In this document: one piece after another, positions 28,301 through 37,082 of the stretch
Position numbering within the stretch: position 1 is the first letter of the stretch
Layout of the letters: every line of letters starts with the position of its first letter
Origin: an uncultured Verrucomicrobiota bacterium
Lineage (GTDB): Bacteria > Verrucomicrobiota > Kiritimatiellia > CAIQIC01 > Lenti-01
Length of the DNA: 64,000 nucleotides
Assembly: GCA_937860055.1 (NCBI GenBank)
Contig: CALMBO010000029.1
Coordinates: forward strand, 425,372-489,371
Reading direction: 5' to 3'
Notes under the pieces: model-generated
What the model was told of the DNA's origin: nothing
Seen by the model: the letters and a program-made list of their open reading frames with translations, nothing else
Databases searched by the model: none
Position numbers and translations under genes: made by a program

Positions 28301-30176
28301 CATTGCCGTTCTCGCTCGGATCGTCCTCCGCATGGCTGAACGCCATCGCGTTGGTCGAGGTCAGCTCCGACGGCAGCACCTTCGGCACCGCCAGCTTGCT
28401 CAGGAGCGACACGCCGCGGACCGTCCGCTTGCTCGCGCCGTTCGTGGTGATGAGGTAGCGCACTTCGGCATGGTCCGCCCAGCGGTACCCGTTCGTCGCC
28501 TCGTAGCCGATCTTCGCCCACACCTGAATCGTGTCGCTCGCCGCCCGCACCACGTTGCCCCCGTGCCAGATGAATCCCGGCTCCAGCCCCGGATCGTCGC
28601 CGTAGGTGAACGTGAACGGCGACGCCTGCGCGTCCGCCATCTCCGCAAACGTCCGGCTGACGGTGCCGCTCGCCCCCACGTACGTCGTGTCGTGGTCCGT
28701 GTACGTGATCGCCAGCACGTACTCCACCGTCTGCGTCTTGCCATACGTCCCCGACGCGATCGCCGCCGCCCAGTACTTGTTGTTCTCCGCCTGGGAGTCG
28801 AACGCCAGCGCGTTGCTGCTCCACGCCCCGCCCCCCTGCAGCCGGTGCAGCAGCCATCCCCCGCTCTGGTTCCCTGCGTTCCCCGAACCCTGGAATTGGT
28901 TCCCGTTGTAGATCGTCACCGTGTTCGACGCGTACGGATGCCGCGGATTGCGCATGTAGGCGCCGGCCGGTTCGGCGTTGGTCGGAATGTGCCAGCCGTT
29001 GCCCAGGTTCGCCGCGCTCACCGCCTCGAACGGATGCGCCGCCGCGTTCGTCGCCTGCGCGTACTTCGCCTGCCCCATCTGGTTCGTCGTGCCGAGGTAC
29101 GTCGTGTCCGCCCCGCCGTTCAGGTAGTCCACCCGGAGGTAGTACTGCAGCGTCTCGCCCAGCGCCACCGCGTTCGACGGAATCGCCGCCTTCCAGTAGT
29201 GGTTGGATCCGACGGCGGTGTCATACGACAGGCTGTTCGACGACCACGCCCCGTCCGTTGATTTCTTGTAGAACACCCAGCCCCCCGTCATGTCCGCGTC
29301 CGGCTGGTAGTTGCCTGCGTAGACGTATGTATCCGCCCCCGGCGTCGGGTTCGCCGGGTTGCGCATGGTCACCGTCCCCGGCTCGATGTTCGTCGGAAAA
29401 TGCCAGCAGTTGCCGAACACCGGATCCGGCGTGCCCACCGCATAGGAGAAGTTCGTCCCGCCCGCCGTGTTGCCCCGCAGCGTGCACAGATCGTAGGCGC
29501 TGGCGAGCAGGTTCGTCGGCATCGCGCTCGTCAGCACGTAGTACTTCACCGTCCGGCCCGGGGGTTGCCCGGGAATCGTGATCGTCGCGTTCGTGCCCGA
29601 AACCGAGGCCACGGCCAGCGCGCTGTTCGTGAAACCGTTCGTCGTCCATCGCGCATAGACGCCCTCGCCGCTCGTCGCCGCGCTCAAGGTCGCCGTCACC
29701 GTTACCGTGTTCGTCCCCGCCAATCCGCTGTTGTCCGCCACCGTCACCACCGCCGCCGGCGCGTTCGTCGTCGCCTGGATCGTGTACGGCCGGTACCACC
29801 ACGTCGCGTCCCCTTGCAGGCGGAAGGTGTATTTCATCCCGCTGGTCTCGGCGAAGGTTAGGTTGCCCGGGCTGCTCGAATCCAGGTCGCCATGCGCCAT
29901 GCCGATCGTGCTGTTCACCGCCGCGTTCGTGGAAGTCGTGCCCGTGCCCCATTGCGGATTCCAGTCCCCGTCTTGGTCGAACTGCAGCCCCGAACTCGCC
30001 CGTGTCGCCGTGCTCGTCAAGGTGACCGAATAGATCAGGTCCCCCGCAAACGCCGCGTTCGTGGCCATCCAGTTCGTGCCCCACGCGTTGATGTCCCCCC
30101 GCACCGACTCGCCCCGCGCCGCCCCAGTCACGAGCATCGCGGCCGCCACCGCCCGTCCAATCGTCGCCGCCTTCAT
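25362..30176 (-). CDS. Secreted multidomain GH13 alpha-amylase-family protein
   Basis: GSPYA, LDGVFNH, IDGLRCDF, MAETL, GHDE catalytic regions; repeated N-terminal WH.PTN.EP...MRNP modules; C-terminal RSYRV domain. Confidence 0.88.
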   Translation of the reverse strand: MKAATIGRAVAAAMLVTGAARGESVRGDINAWGTNWMATNAAFAGDLIYSVTLTSTATRASSGLQFDQDGDWNPQWGTGTTSTNAAVNSTIGMAHGDLDSSSPGNLTFAETSGMKYTFRLQGDATWWYRPYTIQATTNAPAAVVTVADNSGLAGTNTVTVTATLSAATSGEGVYARWTTNGFTNSALAVASVSGTNATITIPGQPPGRTVKYYVLTSAMPTNLLASAYDLCTLRGNTAGGTNFSYAVGTPDPVFGNCWHFPTNIEPGTVTMRNPANPTPGADTYVYAGNYQPDADMTGGWVFYKKSTDGAWSSNSLSYDTAVGSNHYWKAAIPSNAVALGETLQYYLRVDYLNGGADTTYLGTTNQMGQAKYAQATNAAAHPFEAVSAANLGNGWHIPTNAEPAGAYMRNPRHPYASNTVTIYNGNQFQGSGNAGNQSGGWLLHRLQGGGAWSSNALAFDSQAENNKYWAAAIASGTYGKTQTVEYVLAITYTDHDTTYVGASGTVSRTFAEMADAQASPFTFTYGDDPGLEPGFIWHGGNVVRAASDTIQVWAKIGYEATNGYRWADHAEVRYLITTNGASKRTVRGVSLLSKLAVPKVLPSELTSTNAMAFSHAEDDPSENGNAMWWVATIQDDELTNLEALVQYQVAAWNSATNGGNGVVRKAEYQTDGAADEIFEYRMYTGGSGALTVNGQNADYTTTKFFLDEAESETAAITVSYTPPAGSVNVEVFCNVGRRHLADADWDEDGVPDGIRPPDGNLVTTNDAGAYFAAFPMAYNGGTGTYEWSTNAGQCGAYRLTARYQTTNQAGTTNWTWYTSEGRRDHAIVISPKKVLQQTMYELNTLTVKASNNTESGRSTFDDLIDPQHATNLNTFNEFSIEYLDKIRANCLWFQPIHPAGYDRSENDPDTATRYNPGSPYATRDYFSVNHFFGRAGTEEGALAEFTNFVAYCDRGTNRLGSTNHVGTINVMLDGVFNHTSWDAEFGEMGVELGFCTNKDDRIGWFKPGWYSHWEDYGAPATYYHTAWSNDIATAPDRGDFGKWADVAELYYGAYSCLVRHNPDNNSDYLNEEDVYDFAGMSEDTIDLWTYVGRYPEYWLEKTGHGLTNRPGQVDAKGIAYDDYGIDGLRCDFGQGLPPQLWEYIINRTRNLKWNFMFMAETLDGGVPGYRSNRHFDILNENMVFQFTQAHVSDPGTLRMQLENRRTAYGGGAILLNLTGHDEVLPWSDPWVTASRYAMVSAVAGVPMVFYGQEQGIGPYAGTADKWTGFSNFELNFGKYIPHFKKWNQLRVWGEPPYDAASREMAQWHGRVNGARHSSPALQSANQYFLSRTGGGDNSKIFAVAKYEGAGAVADGKDAVLAFALFVNDGDHSGASDTYDLAGCWSLLGLANTATNYYNVRNLASSDAEAALWAAPKTGADLYANGIWVGFTSDGGGTNIYADGAIVQYLKIEEVAAPATATSNSPAAVPYAWLDGYYPGEHSAQDYEDLAMQSASNGTLAVWQMYVAGLDPTDAEAVFRMTDVRSVSGAQIAVAAASNRAYRIEFLDGALSNAPQAWNAFQANGAWTNTEPFTNRHLFVDTGAATNSGWPVATQRSYRVWVGLP

Positions 30177-30332
30177 CCGTCCCTCTCGCTTCCCCCCGGC
30201 CGCCGCCGGGATCCGTAGGTTGATGCCGATATCCTACCAGCCCCCCCTCCCCCGCGCAATCCTCCCGCCCCCCGCGTTAAATGTCTTTCTCTCCCGCCCC
30301 CCGCCGTGGCATACAAGGACAAAGGACATCCC

Positions 30333-30920
30333 ATGGAAACCAAGCGCGCCCCCGCCATCCAGCACCTTTCCGGCAAATCCACCCTCCCCATCGTCGAGGT
30401 CTTCTATGAGTTCAACCAGCTCAAGGCCCTCTACCGCCAGGGCTGGCTCCGCGTCGGCATCCCCAAAACCCAATGCGAAACCGTCGCCGAGCATACCCTT
30501 GGCGTCACTCTCCTCGCCCTCTTCCTCGCAGATGAATATTTTCCCGCCCTGGACAAGGGAAAACTGCTCCGCATGGGCCTCCTCCACGATTTCGGCGAGA
30601 TCTACGCCGGCGACATCGTCCCCGGCAAAATGTCCCTCGCCGACAAGCACGAGCTGGAGAAACAGTCCGTCGAACGCGTCTTCCTGCGCCTCCCGAAGGG
30701 CCGGGACTACCTCGCCATCTGGCAGGAATTCGAGGAGGGCAAGACCGCCGAGGCGCGTTTCATGAAGGAAATCGACCGCCTCGAAATGGGCCTCCAGGCC
30801 AGCGTCTACGAACACGAAAAACTCGGCGACCTCTCCGTCTTCTTCGAATCCACCGACAAGGCCCTCTCCACCCCCGGGCTGCGCAAGATCCTCGACGCCC
30901 TCCTCGCCCTCCGCAACTGA
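30333..30920 (+). CDS. HD-domain hydrolase (YfbR/HDDC2-like 5'-deoxynucleotidase)
   Basis: LK.LYRQGW, ETVAEH, LLHDFGEIYAGD, IDRLEM. Confidence 0.88.
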   Translation: METKRAPAIQHLSGKSTLPIVEVFYEFNQLKALYRQGWLRVGIPKTQCETVAEHTLGVTLLALFLADEYFPALDKGKLLRMGLLHDFGEIYAGDIVPGKMSLADKHELEKQSVERVFLRLPKGRDYLAIWQEFEEGKTAEARFMKEIDRLEMGLQASVYEHEKLGDLSVFFESTDKALSTPGLRKILDALLALRN

Positions 30921-31060
30921 TTCCTGCCCCGCCGCCCCAGGGCGCGGGAAAGCAGGCAGCGCCCTCCCTCGCCCGAAGCGGCGGCTCCGGTCCCGCCTCT
31001 TCCACGCCCCTTTCCGGCCTTGCCTTTTTCCTCTTCATTTTGGCATAGTGAACATTCTGC

Positions 31061-32170
31061 ATGATGAACCTTTCGTCCATCCGGTTCCTCCTTGCGGTGG
31101 CCCTTCTGGGCGCCGCAGGATGCGCCAAAACCGTGCCGTTCCAGCAGACCCCCCTGGCCCAGGATGAGGTTGACCGCTTCCTCGCCAGCGGCCGCGATGC
31201 GCGCGAATACGGAATCACCACCTACCAGGATGCCGCCGGCCCCCGCTTCGAATCCGCCAACCGCATCCACCTGGACCGTTCCGTGCAGCTGGATTTCTCC
31301 TCGCCCCCCAAATGGCCGTTCCCCATCGTCCAGGCCAAGACCGCCCTGTCCGACGCCTTCCCCCTCCTGCTGGATTCCTCCGCGCGCCAGAACTGGACCG
31401 TGATGCAATCCATGAAGGCGATGGAATACCGGGCCTTCGCCCCTCCCACCGGCGAATATGCCGACCATGTCGCCTCCGACATCCCCGGCTATGCCGGGGT
31501 CGGCAACAAGCTCATCTTCAAGGATCTCCACGTCGAGTATCCCATCTTCTACCTGCCCCCCGCCCGCGGAGGCCTCGGTTCCCTCGCCCGCATCGCGGAC
31601 CTGCCGGGACAGGATCCCCGGACCGCGGAAACGCGCGAGAAATTCGCCGGCCGCATGCCGGCCGTCATGGGCGCCGCCTTGATGCGTTCCTTTTCCTTCC
31701 TCCGCTTCGACTTTCCCGGCCGCACCGTCCTGCTCTCCACCAGCCGCGCCTATCGGCCGGCCATGCTTTCCGCCGTGGCCGCCAACCTGCCGATGCTCAA
31801 CTGGCGCGGCCGGCCCGCCGTGCAGGGCACCCTCGGCGGCCAGCCCCTCCTGCTGGTGATCGATACCGCCGGCGAATTCGACCTGTCCCTTCCCGGTTCC
31901 GCCCTCGAAGGCGAGGCGCCGGGCCCGCTCGTCCTGGGCAACCACTCCGTCGAGGACCTCCGCCTCCGCTTCCACGGGGAACTGGGCCTGCCGGAAAGCT
32001 TCCCCGCCCGCCTCGGCCTCGGCGTGCTCTCCCGCTTCGCCGTCACCCTCGACTACAAGAACCAGCGCGTCTGGTTCGAAGGAAAACCCTTGCCTGCCGC
32101 GGAGGAATCCGCGACAACCCCCGAAGACGAAACCCCGGCCCCGGTCCAATACAGAGGAGTCCCGCGATGA
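31061..32170 (+). CDS. Lipoprotein with two retropepsin-like aspartyl protease domains
   Basis: Lipobox AAGC; LLLDSSA...VMGAALM and LVIDTAG...LGLGVLSRFAVTLDY. Confidence 0.65.
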   Translation: MMNLSSIRFLLAVALLGAAGCAKTVPFQQTPLAQDEVDRFLASGRDAREYGITTYQDAAGPRFESANRIHLDRSVQLDFSSPPKWPFPIVQAKTALSDAFPLLLDSSARQNWTVMQSMKAMEYRAFAPPTGEYADHVASDIPGYAGVGNKLIFKDLHVEYPIFYLPPARGGLGSLARIADLPGQDPRTAETREKFAGRMPAVMGAALMRSFSFLRFDFPGRTVLLSTSRAYRPAMLSAVAANLPMLNWRGRPAVQGTLGGQPLLLVIDTAGEFDLSLPGSALEGEAPGPLVLGNHSVEDLRLRFHGELGLPESFPARLGLGVLSRFAVTLDYKNQRVWFEGKPLPAAEESATTPEDETPAPVQYRGVPR

Positions 32171-33735
32171 CGATTGCCGCCCAAGCCAAGATGGAATGGA
32201 AAGACGCCCACAAGCACCCCCCGGGATTCCGCGCCCGCCGAGGCCTCAATTGGTTCACCGTCGGCCTGCTCTACGCCACCTTCTACATGTGCCGCTACAA
32301 CTTCCGCTTCGCCGGCCCCGGCATGCGCGAGGAATTCGGCTTCGAGGCCCGGCAGATCGCCGACCTGGCGGCATGGTTCTCCCTCGCCTACGGCACCGGG
32401 CAGCTCATCAACGGCCTGTTCAGCGACCGCATCGGCGGCCGGGCCACGATGCTGGTCGGCGCCATCGGCACCATCGTCCTCAACCTCGTCATCGGCTTCT
32501 CGCCCTTCACCTCCAGCTTCTCCACCTTCGCGCTGCTGTGGATGATCAACGGCTACCTCCAGGCCGCCGGCGCCCCCGGCATGGTCAAGACCAACGCCGC
32601 CTGGTTCAACCGCGACGAGCGCGGCGTGTTCGCCGGCATCTTCGGCTTCATGATCCAGTCCGGCCAGACCATGATCAGCCTCCTGGCGCCCATCATCCTC
32701 AATGGCTTCACGTTCCTCGCCTTCGTCGTCGGCCCCGGCCAGTGGCGCATGCTGTTCACCCTGCCCCCCATCGCCGTGGGCCTGGTCGCCGTCTGGTTCT
32801 ATTTCATCTCGTCGCCCTCGCCCGATGAGGCCGGCTATCCCAAGGCCATCCACGACGACGTGGACAACTCCGCCGGCACCACCGTGCCCATCCTGGAGTC
32901 CTTCAAGTTCGTCTTCTCGAACCCCCTCGTCTGGTTCTATGCCGTGGCCTATGCCTGCACCGGCGCCGTCCGGCACGCCTCCGACCAGCTCGCCCCGCTC
33001 TATTTCGAGGATGTCCTGGGCTTCAACATGAAGACCAACATGCCCGAAATCGCCGTCGGCACGCTGGCGCTGATCCCCATGGTGGCCGTCGCCGGCTCGG
33101 TCTTTTCCGGCTGGGTCTCGGACCGGTTCTTCCACGGCCACCGCTATCCCGTTGCCATGTTCCTCTATTTCATGGAGTCCGTCGTGATCGCCGTCGCCGC
33201 CACCGTCATGGCCCTCCACCTCATCAGCCCTTCCGCGGGCGGCATCCTCCTCGGCTGCCTCTTCCTCGTCCTCATCGCCATCACCGCCAACAGCACCCAC
33301 TCCATCGTCGGCGCCGCCGCCCCCATGGACATCGGCGGCAAGAAAATGGCCGGGTTCGCCGCCGGCGTCATCGACTCCTTCCAGTACTACGGCGCCGCCA
33401 TCGGCCTCTTCATCACCGGCCGCATGCTGTCCGTCTCCGAAGGCAACTACACCTACTGGTTCGGCATCATGACCTGCTTCGCCTTCTTCGGCGGCTGCGC
33501 CATGCTCTCGCTGCTCCTCCGCCAAAAGGGCCGCCAGGCCGCCAGCCGCGCCGTCATCGCCTTGATGGTCCTGCTGCTCGCCGCCGCCGCCGCCATCGGC
33601 GTTCCCAACTACCGCGCCCAGAAAACGGCCCACGAAGCCCGCATCGCGGCCGAGGAAGCCGCCGCCGCCGCCGAGGAGGCCGCCAACCCGACGGCCGCCA
33701 CTGCGGCGCCCGCCCCCCAAGCCCCCGCCAAATAA
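32167..33735 (+). CDS. MFS transporter, organophosphate (GlpT/OPA)-like
   Basis: YATFYMCRYN, YGTGQLINGLFSDRIGGR, WFNRDERG, AAGVIDSFQY; about 12 or more TM segments. Confidence 0.88.
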   Translation: MTIAAQAKMEWKDAHKHPPGFRARRGLNWFTVGLLYATFYMCRYNFRFAGPGMREEFGFEARQIADLAAWFSLAYGTGQLINGLFSDRIGGRATMLVGAIGTIVLNLVIGFSPFTSSFSTFALLWMINGYLQAAGAPGMVKTNAAWFNRDERGVFAGIFGFMIQSGQTMISLLAPIILNGFTFLAFVVGPGQWRMLFTLPPIAVGLVAVWFYFISSPSPDEAGYPKAIHDDVDNSAGTTVPILESFKFVFSNPLVWFYAVAYACTGAVRHASDQLAPLYFEDVLGFNMKTNMPEIAVGTLALIPMVAVAGSVFSGWVSDRFFHGHRYPVAMFLYFMESVVIAVAATVMALHLISPSAGGILLGCLFLVLIAITANSTHSIVGAAAPMDIGGKKMAGFAAGVIDSFQYYGAAIGLFITGRMLSVSEGNYTYWFGIMTCFAFFGGCAMLSLLLRQKGRQAASRAVIALMVLLLAAAAAIGVPNYRAQKTAHEARIAAEEAAAAAEEAANPTAATAAPAPQAPAK

Positions 33736-33747
33736 CGGAGACCGACC

Positions 33748-34263
33748 ATGACCAACGAATCCATCCCCGTTCCCGTCACCCCCTTCCAGCTGAAGCTGAA
33801 GGATTTCTGCGTCTGGATCGAAACCAAGTTCGAGCGCCGCCTCTCGCGTTTCGGATTCGCCCTCCGCATGGCCATCGCCGCCGCCGTCTTCTATGCCATC
33901 TTCCATCTCCAGAAGACTTGGCTGGCCGACGCCCCCGGAGCCCTCCGGTTCGCCTCCTGGCTCCTCTTCGGCTGGGCCGCCTTCTGGACCATCCTCGAAA
34001 TCGTCCGCCGCTTCCACGACCTCGGACGCACCGGCGGCCTCTTCTGGGCCCTCGCCATCCCCTACTGGGGCATCTGGAAGGTCAGCGGCCTCTTCCATCT
34101 CGCCGACAAGTTCCCCGAACTGTGGTGGCCCTGGGTGGCGATGCTCGCGCTGTGCTACTGGCCGATCTGGCTCACCCTCCAGCTCTTCTTCCGCAACGGC
34201 ACCGAGGGACCCAACGGCTACGACGGCCGCGAGTTCTACCAGGACCTCGGCAACTCCCGGTAG
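33748..34263 (+). CDS. DUF805-like membrane protein
   Basis: VRRFHDLGRTG and GTEGPNGY motifs. Confidence 0.75.
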   Translation: MTNESIPVPVTPFQLKLKDFCVWIETKFERRLSRFGFALRMAIAAAVFYAIFHLQKTWLADAPGALRFASWLLFGWAAFWTILEIVRRFHDLGRTGGLFWALAIPYWGIWKVSGLFHLADKFPELWWPWVAMLALCYWPIWLTLQLFFRNGTEGPNGYDGREFYQDLGNSR

Positions 34264-34284
34264 CCGCCCCGCCCAAAGTCAAAC

Positions 34285-34318
34285 AAAAGCGCCCCGCGTT
34301 CCCGCGGGGCGCTTTTTT
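34285..34318. terminator. Bidirectional intrinsic terminator
   Basis: AAAAGCGCCCCGCG-TTCC-CGCGGGGCGCTTTTTT between convergent genes. Confidence 0.88.
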
Positions 34319-34339
34319 CCGGCCGAAGGGCAACCGGCG

Positions 34340-35371
34340 CTAGCGGCCGGCCGCCGCCAGGCGGGCCTTCACGGCCTCCAGCTCCGCCTCCGCGTCGCCG
34401 ATCAGCTCGGAGAAGATCTCCTCCATCGGCTGAATCCGATCCACCAGCCCCACGCTTTGCCCCGCCATGCAGGAACCGCGGTCCACGTCGCCCTCGACCG
34501 CCGCCTTGCGCAGCCCCCCCATCCAGAAGCTCTCGACCTTGTACTGAGCCTCCGCATGGCCGATTTGGCCCGCATCCATCAGTTTCAGCAGCTCCAGCTG
34601 CAGCCGGCCGAATTCCTCCGTCGACTTGTTCTTCAGCGCCCGCACTGCCACGATCGGCAGCCGCTTGTCGTATTCCGGCGTGCTCATCGCCTCCCGCGCC
34701 CGGGCCTTCACGAAACGCTCCTTCAGCTTCGGATGGGCGCTGCACTCGTTGCTCATCACGAACCGCGTGCCCATCTGCACCCCCGCCGCGCCCATCAGCA
34801 GCATGTGCGCGATCATCCGCCCCGTCGCGATGCCGCCGGCCACGAACACCGGCACCCCCGGCTTCTTGAACAGCACCTGCTGCAGCAAAATCATCAGCGA
34901 CACGTGGCCGATATGCCCCCCCGCCTCGCTGCCTTCCAGGATCAGCCCGTCCACCCCGAAGCGCACCATCTGCTCCGCGATCGAATCCGTCGAGGCGAAG
35001 GACAGCACCTTCTTGCCCGCCGCCTTCATCTGCGCCACGTCGTTCTTCTTCGGGAAATTGCCCGCGAAGATCACGGTGGACGCCTTCGATTTCAAGACCG
35101 CCTCCTTGTGCGCGGGGAAATTCGGCGCGATGGTCACGAGATTGACCGCGAAGGGCTTGCGGGTCTGCGCCATGCACTTCTCGATCTCCGCCGCCAGCGC
35201 CTCCCCGGGCATGTTCCCCGCCGCCAGGCAGCCGAAGCCCCCCTGGTCGCCCACCGCCTTCACCAGCGCCGCGTCGCTGATCCACGTCATCGCCCCGCAC
35301 ATCACCGGATAGCGCACCCCCAGGAAGTCGCGCCCCTCCTGCCACAAGCCGTCTAAACAGGTCGTTTTCAT
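34340..35371 (-). CDS. fabK: FabK / nitronate monooxygenase family flavoprotein
   Basis: YPVMCGAM, EGSEAGGHIG, VAGGIATG, GVQMGTRF, MAGQSVG. Confidence 0.8.
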   Translation of the reverse strand: MKTTCLDGLWQEGRDFLGVRYPVMCGAMTWISDAALVKAVGDQGGFGCLAAGNMPGEALAAEIEKCMAQTRKPFAVNLVTIAPNFPAHKEAVLKSKASTVIFAGNFPKKNDVAQMKAAGKKVLSFASTDSIAEQMVRFGVDGLILEGSEAGGHIGHVSLMILLQQVLFKKPGVPVFVAGGIATGRMIAHMLLMGAAGVQMGTRFVMSNECSAHPKLKERFVKARAREAMSTPEYDKRLPIVAVRALKNKSTEEFGRLQLELLKLMDAGQIGHAEAQYKVESFWMGGLRKAAVEGDVDRGSCMAGQSVGLVDRIQPMEEIFSELIGDAEAELEAVKARLAAAGR

Positions 35372-35477
35372 CGGTTTCGCTCCTTGATTTGGAGAATCAC
35401 TTTATCCCACCCCGCACAAAAGTGCATCCCGAAAACAAAAGTTTTTCCGCCCGCCCCGCCCCCGTCCCGCTCCCCCC

Positions 35478-35996
35478 TCACAGCACGTCCCGCACGCGCT
35501 CCAAGGCCAGCTTGAACCACGGCGTGAACGTCTCGGGATGCGCCTTCAATTCCTTCTCCAGCCCCGCCGGCTCCACCCACCGCACCTTTCCCACCTCGTC
35601 CGGGTTCGGATGGATTTCTCCGCCATACACCCCGGTGAACACGTGGTCCAGCTCGTGCTCGGTCAGCCCTTCCGCCTCCGACGTGGCCTGGTATTCGAAC
35701 TGGAAGCGCTCCGTCAGCGGACAGTCGAACCCCAGCTCCTCCCGCAGGCGCCGGTGCGCCGCCCCGATCGTGTCCTCCCCCGGCCGCGGATGGCTGCAGC
35801 AGGCGTTCGTCCACAGCCCGGGAAAGTGGTACTTGCCTTCCGCGCGGCGCTGCAGCAGCCAGCGGCCGCGCGGATCCACGATGAACACCGAAAACGCCCG
35901 GTGCCGCGTCCCCCCCCGCTCGTGGGCCGCCAGCTTCCCCATCGTGCCGACCTCGCGGTCGTGCGCATCCACCAGGATGACCTGTTCCTCGGCCAC
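35478..35996 (-). CDS. idi: Isopentenyl-diphosphate delta-isomerase type 1
   Basis: GTG start; HRAFSVF, LLQRRA..K, WTNACCSHP, RRLREELG, EHELDHVF, PWF. Confidence 0.93.
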   Translation of the reverse strand: MAEEQVILVDAHDREVGTMGKLAAHERGGTRHRAFSVFIVDPRGRWLLQRRAEGKYHFPGLWTNACCSHPRPGEDTIGAAHRRLREELGFDCPLTERFQFEYQATSEAEGLTEHELDHVFTGVYGGEIHPNPDEVGKVRWVEPAGLEKELKAHPETFTPWFKLALERVRDVL

Positions 35997-36001
35997 GCGC
36001 C

Positions 36002-37048
36002 CTACTTGCCGCGCTCCAGCCGCAGGTGGGCCGCCATCAGCTCGCCGGGATTCGTCTGCGCCGCCAGCAGCGACAGCTCGCCGCACAGCACCGTCGCCGC
36101 GCAGATCAGGGCCAGGCGCCGCGCGTTCTGCCCCGGCTCGCGCTTCTCCAGGCAGCCCAGCCCGCGCAGGTTGTCCTCCACGAACGGCAGCCCCTTCCCG
36201 TTGCCCACCGTCCCCACGATCAGGTTCGGCAGCGTCACCGAAAAATAGAGGCCCTCGTCCCCCCGCGCCTCCGCCAGCGTGAACCCCTGCGATCCTTCCA
36301 CGATGTTCGCCGCGTCCTGCCCCGTCGCCAGGTAGAAGGCCAGCAGCATGTTCGCGAAGTGCGCGTTCGCGCTCCGCAGCCCGCCGGCCAGCGTCGTCCC
36401 CACCCAGTTCTTGCGCCAGTTCAGCTCGGCGATCTTCTCCGGGGTCGTGTGCAGGTAGCGCTCCACCAGCCGCCGCGGTATCGTCGCCTCCGCCACCGTG
36501 TACTTGCCCCGCCCCAGGATCCCGTTCACCGCCGAGGCCTTCTTGTCGCAGCAGTAGTTGCCCGAAATGGAGCCATACGCGCATTCGGGCCGCTTCTCCA
36601 GGATCCACGCCAGCATCGCATCCGCCGCCCGCGTGGCCATGTTGTGCCCCGCCGCGTCGCCCGTCGTGAATTCGAAGCGGATGTAGACCAGGTGCCCCGC
36701 CACCTCGAAATGGATGTCCGCCAGCCGCGCGAACCGGCTCGTGCCCGCCGCCACCTGCGCCAGGGCCTCCCGCTCGGCGTCCACGAACCGCACCAGCGCC
36801 AGCGCCCCCTGCGCGCCGGGCGCGTCCACCAGCACCGACCGCGTCATGCGTTCGTCGAAGATCGTGGCGCGGATGCCGCCGGCCTGCGCCGTCACCCGCG
36901 CCCCGCGCTCGACCGATGGCCACAGCGGCGTCTCGAAGGTCGCCAGCGGCACCTCCGTTTCGCACTCCGCCTCGGGCCCCGCCAGCCGCACCGGGCCGAC
37001 CTTCCGCATCGGGACCGCGGCCACCAGGTTCTCGTCGTTGGGCTTCAT
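36002..37048 (-). CDS. hmgA: Hydroxymethylglutaryl-CoA reductase, class I-like
   Basis: PLATFE, TGDAAGHNM, SGNYCCDKK, ATGQDAAN, GELSL and C-terminal catalytic His (AHLRLER). Confidence 0.92.
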   Translation of the reverse strand: MKPNDENLVAAVPMRKVGPVRLAGPEAECETEVPLATFETPLWPSVERGARVTAQAGGIRATIFDERMTRSVLVDAPGAQGALALVRFVDAEREALAQVAAGTSRFARLADIHFEVAGHLVYIRFEFTTGDAAGHNMATRAADAMLAWILEKRPECAYGSISGNYCCDKKASAVNGILGRGKYTVAEATIPRRLVERYLHTTPEKIAELNWRKNWVGTTLAGGLRSANAHFANMLLAFYLATGQDAANIVEGSQGFTLAEARGDEGLYFSVTLPNLIVGTVGNGKGLPFVEDNLRGLGCLEKREPGQNARRLALICAATVLCGELSLLAAQTNPGELMAAHLRLERGK

Positions 37049-37082
37049 GTCCGCTCCTCCTTGCCGGCCGCGCCGGCGCCCC

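Noticed and set aside
24840-29261. 1473-aa plus-strand ORF
   Set aside because: Antisense shadow of the GH13 gene; Arg/Val-rich with no motifs, as expected in high-GC DNA.
35478-36965. Apparent long Idi ORF suggesting an HMGR-Idi fusion or frameshift
   Set aside because: The upstream part is an off-frame read of hmgA. hmgA has its own stop and idi has a GTG start at 35996.
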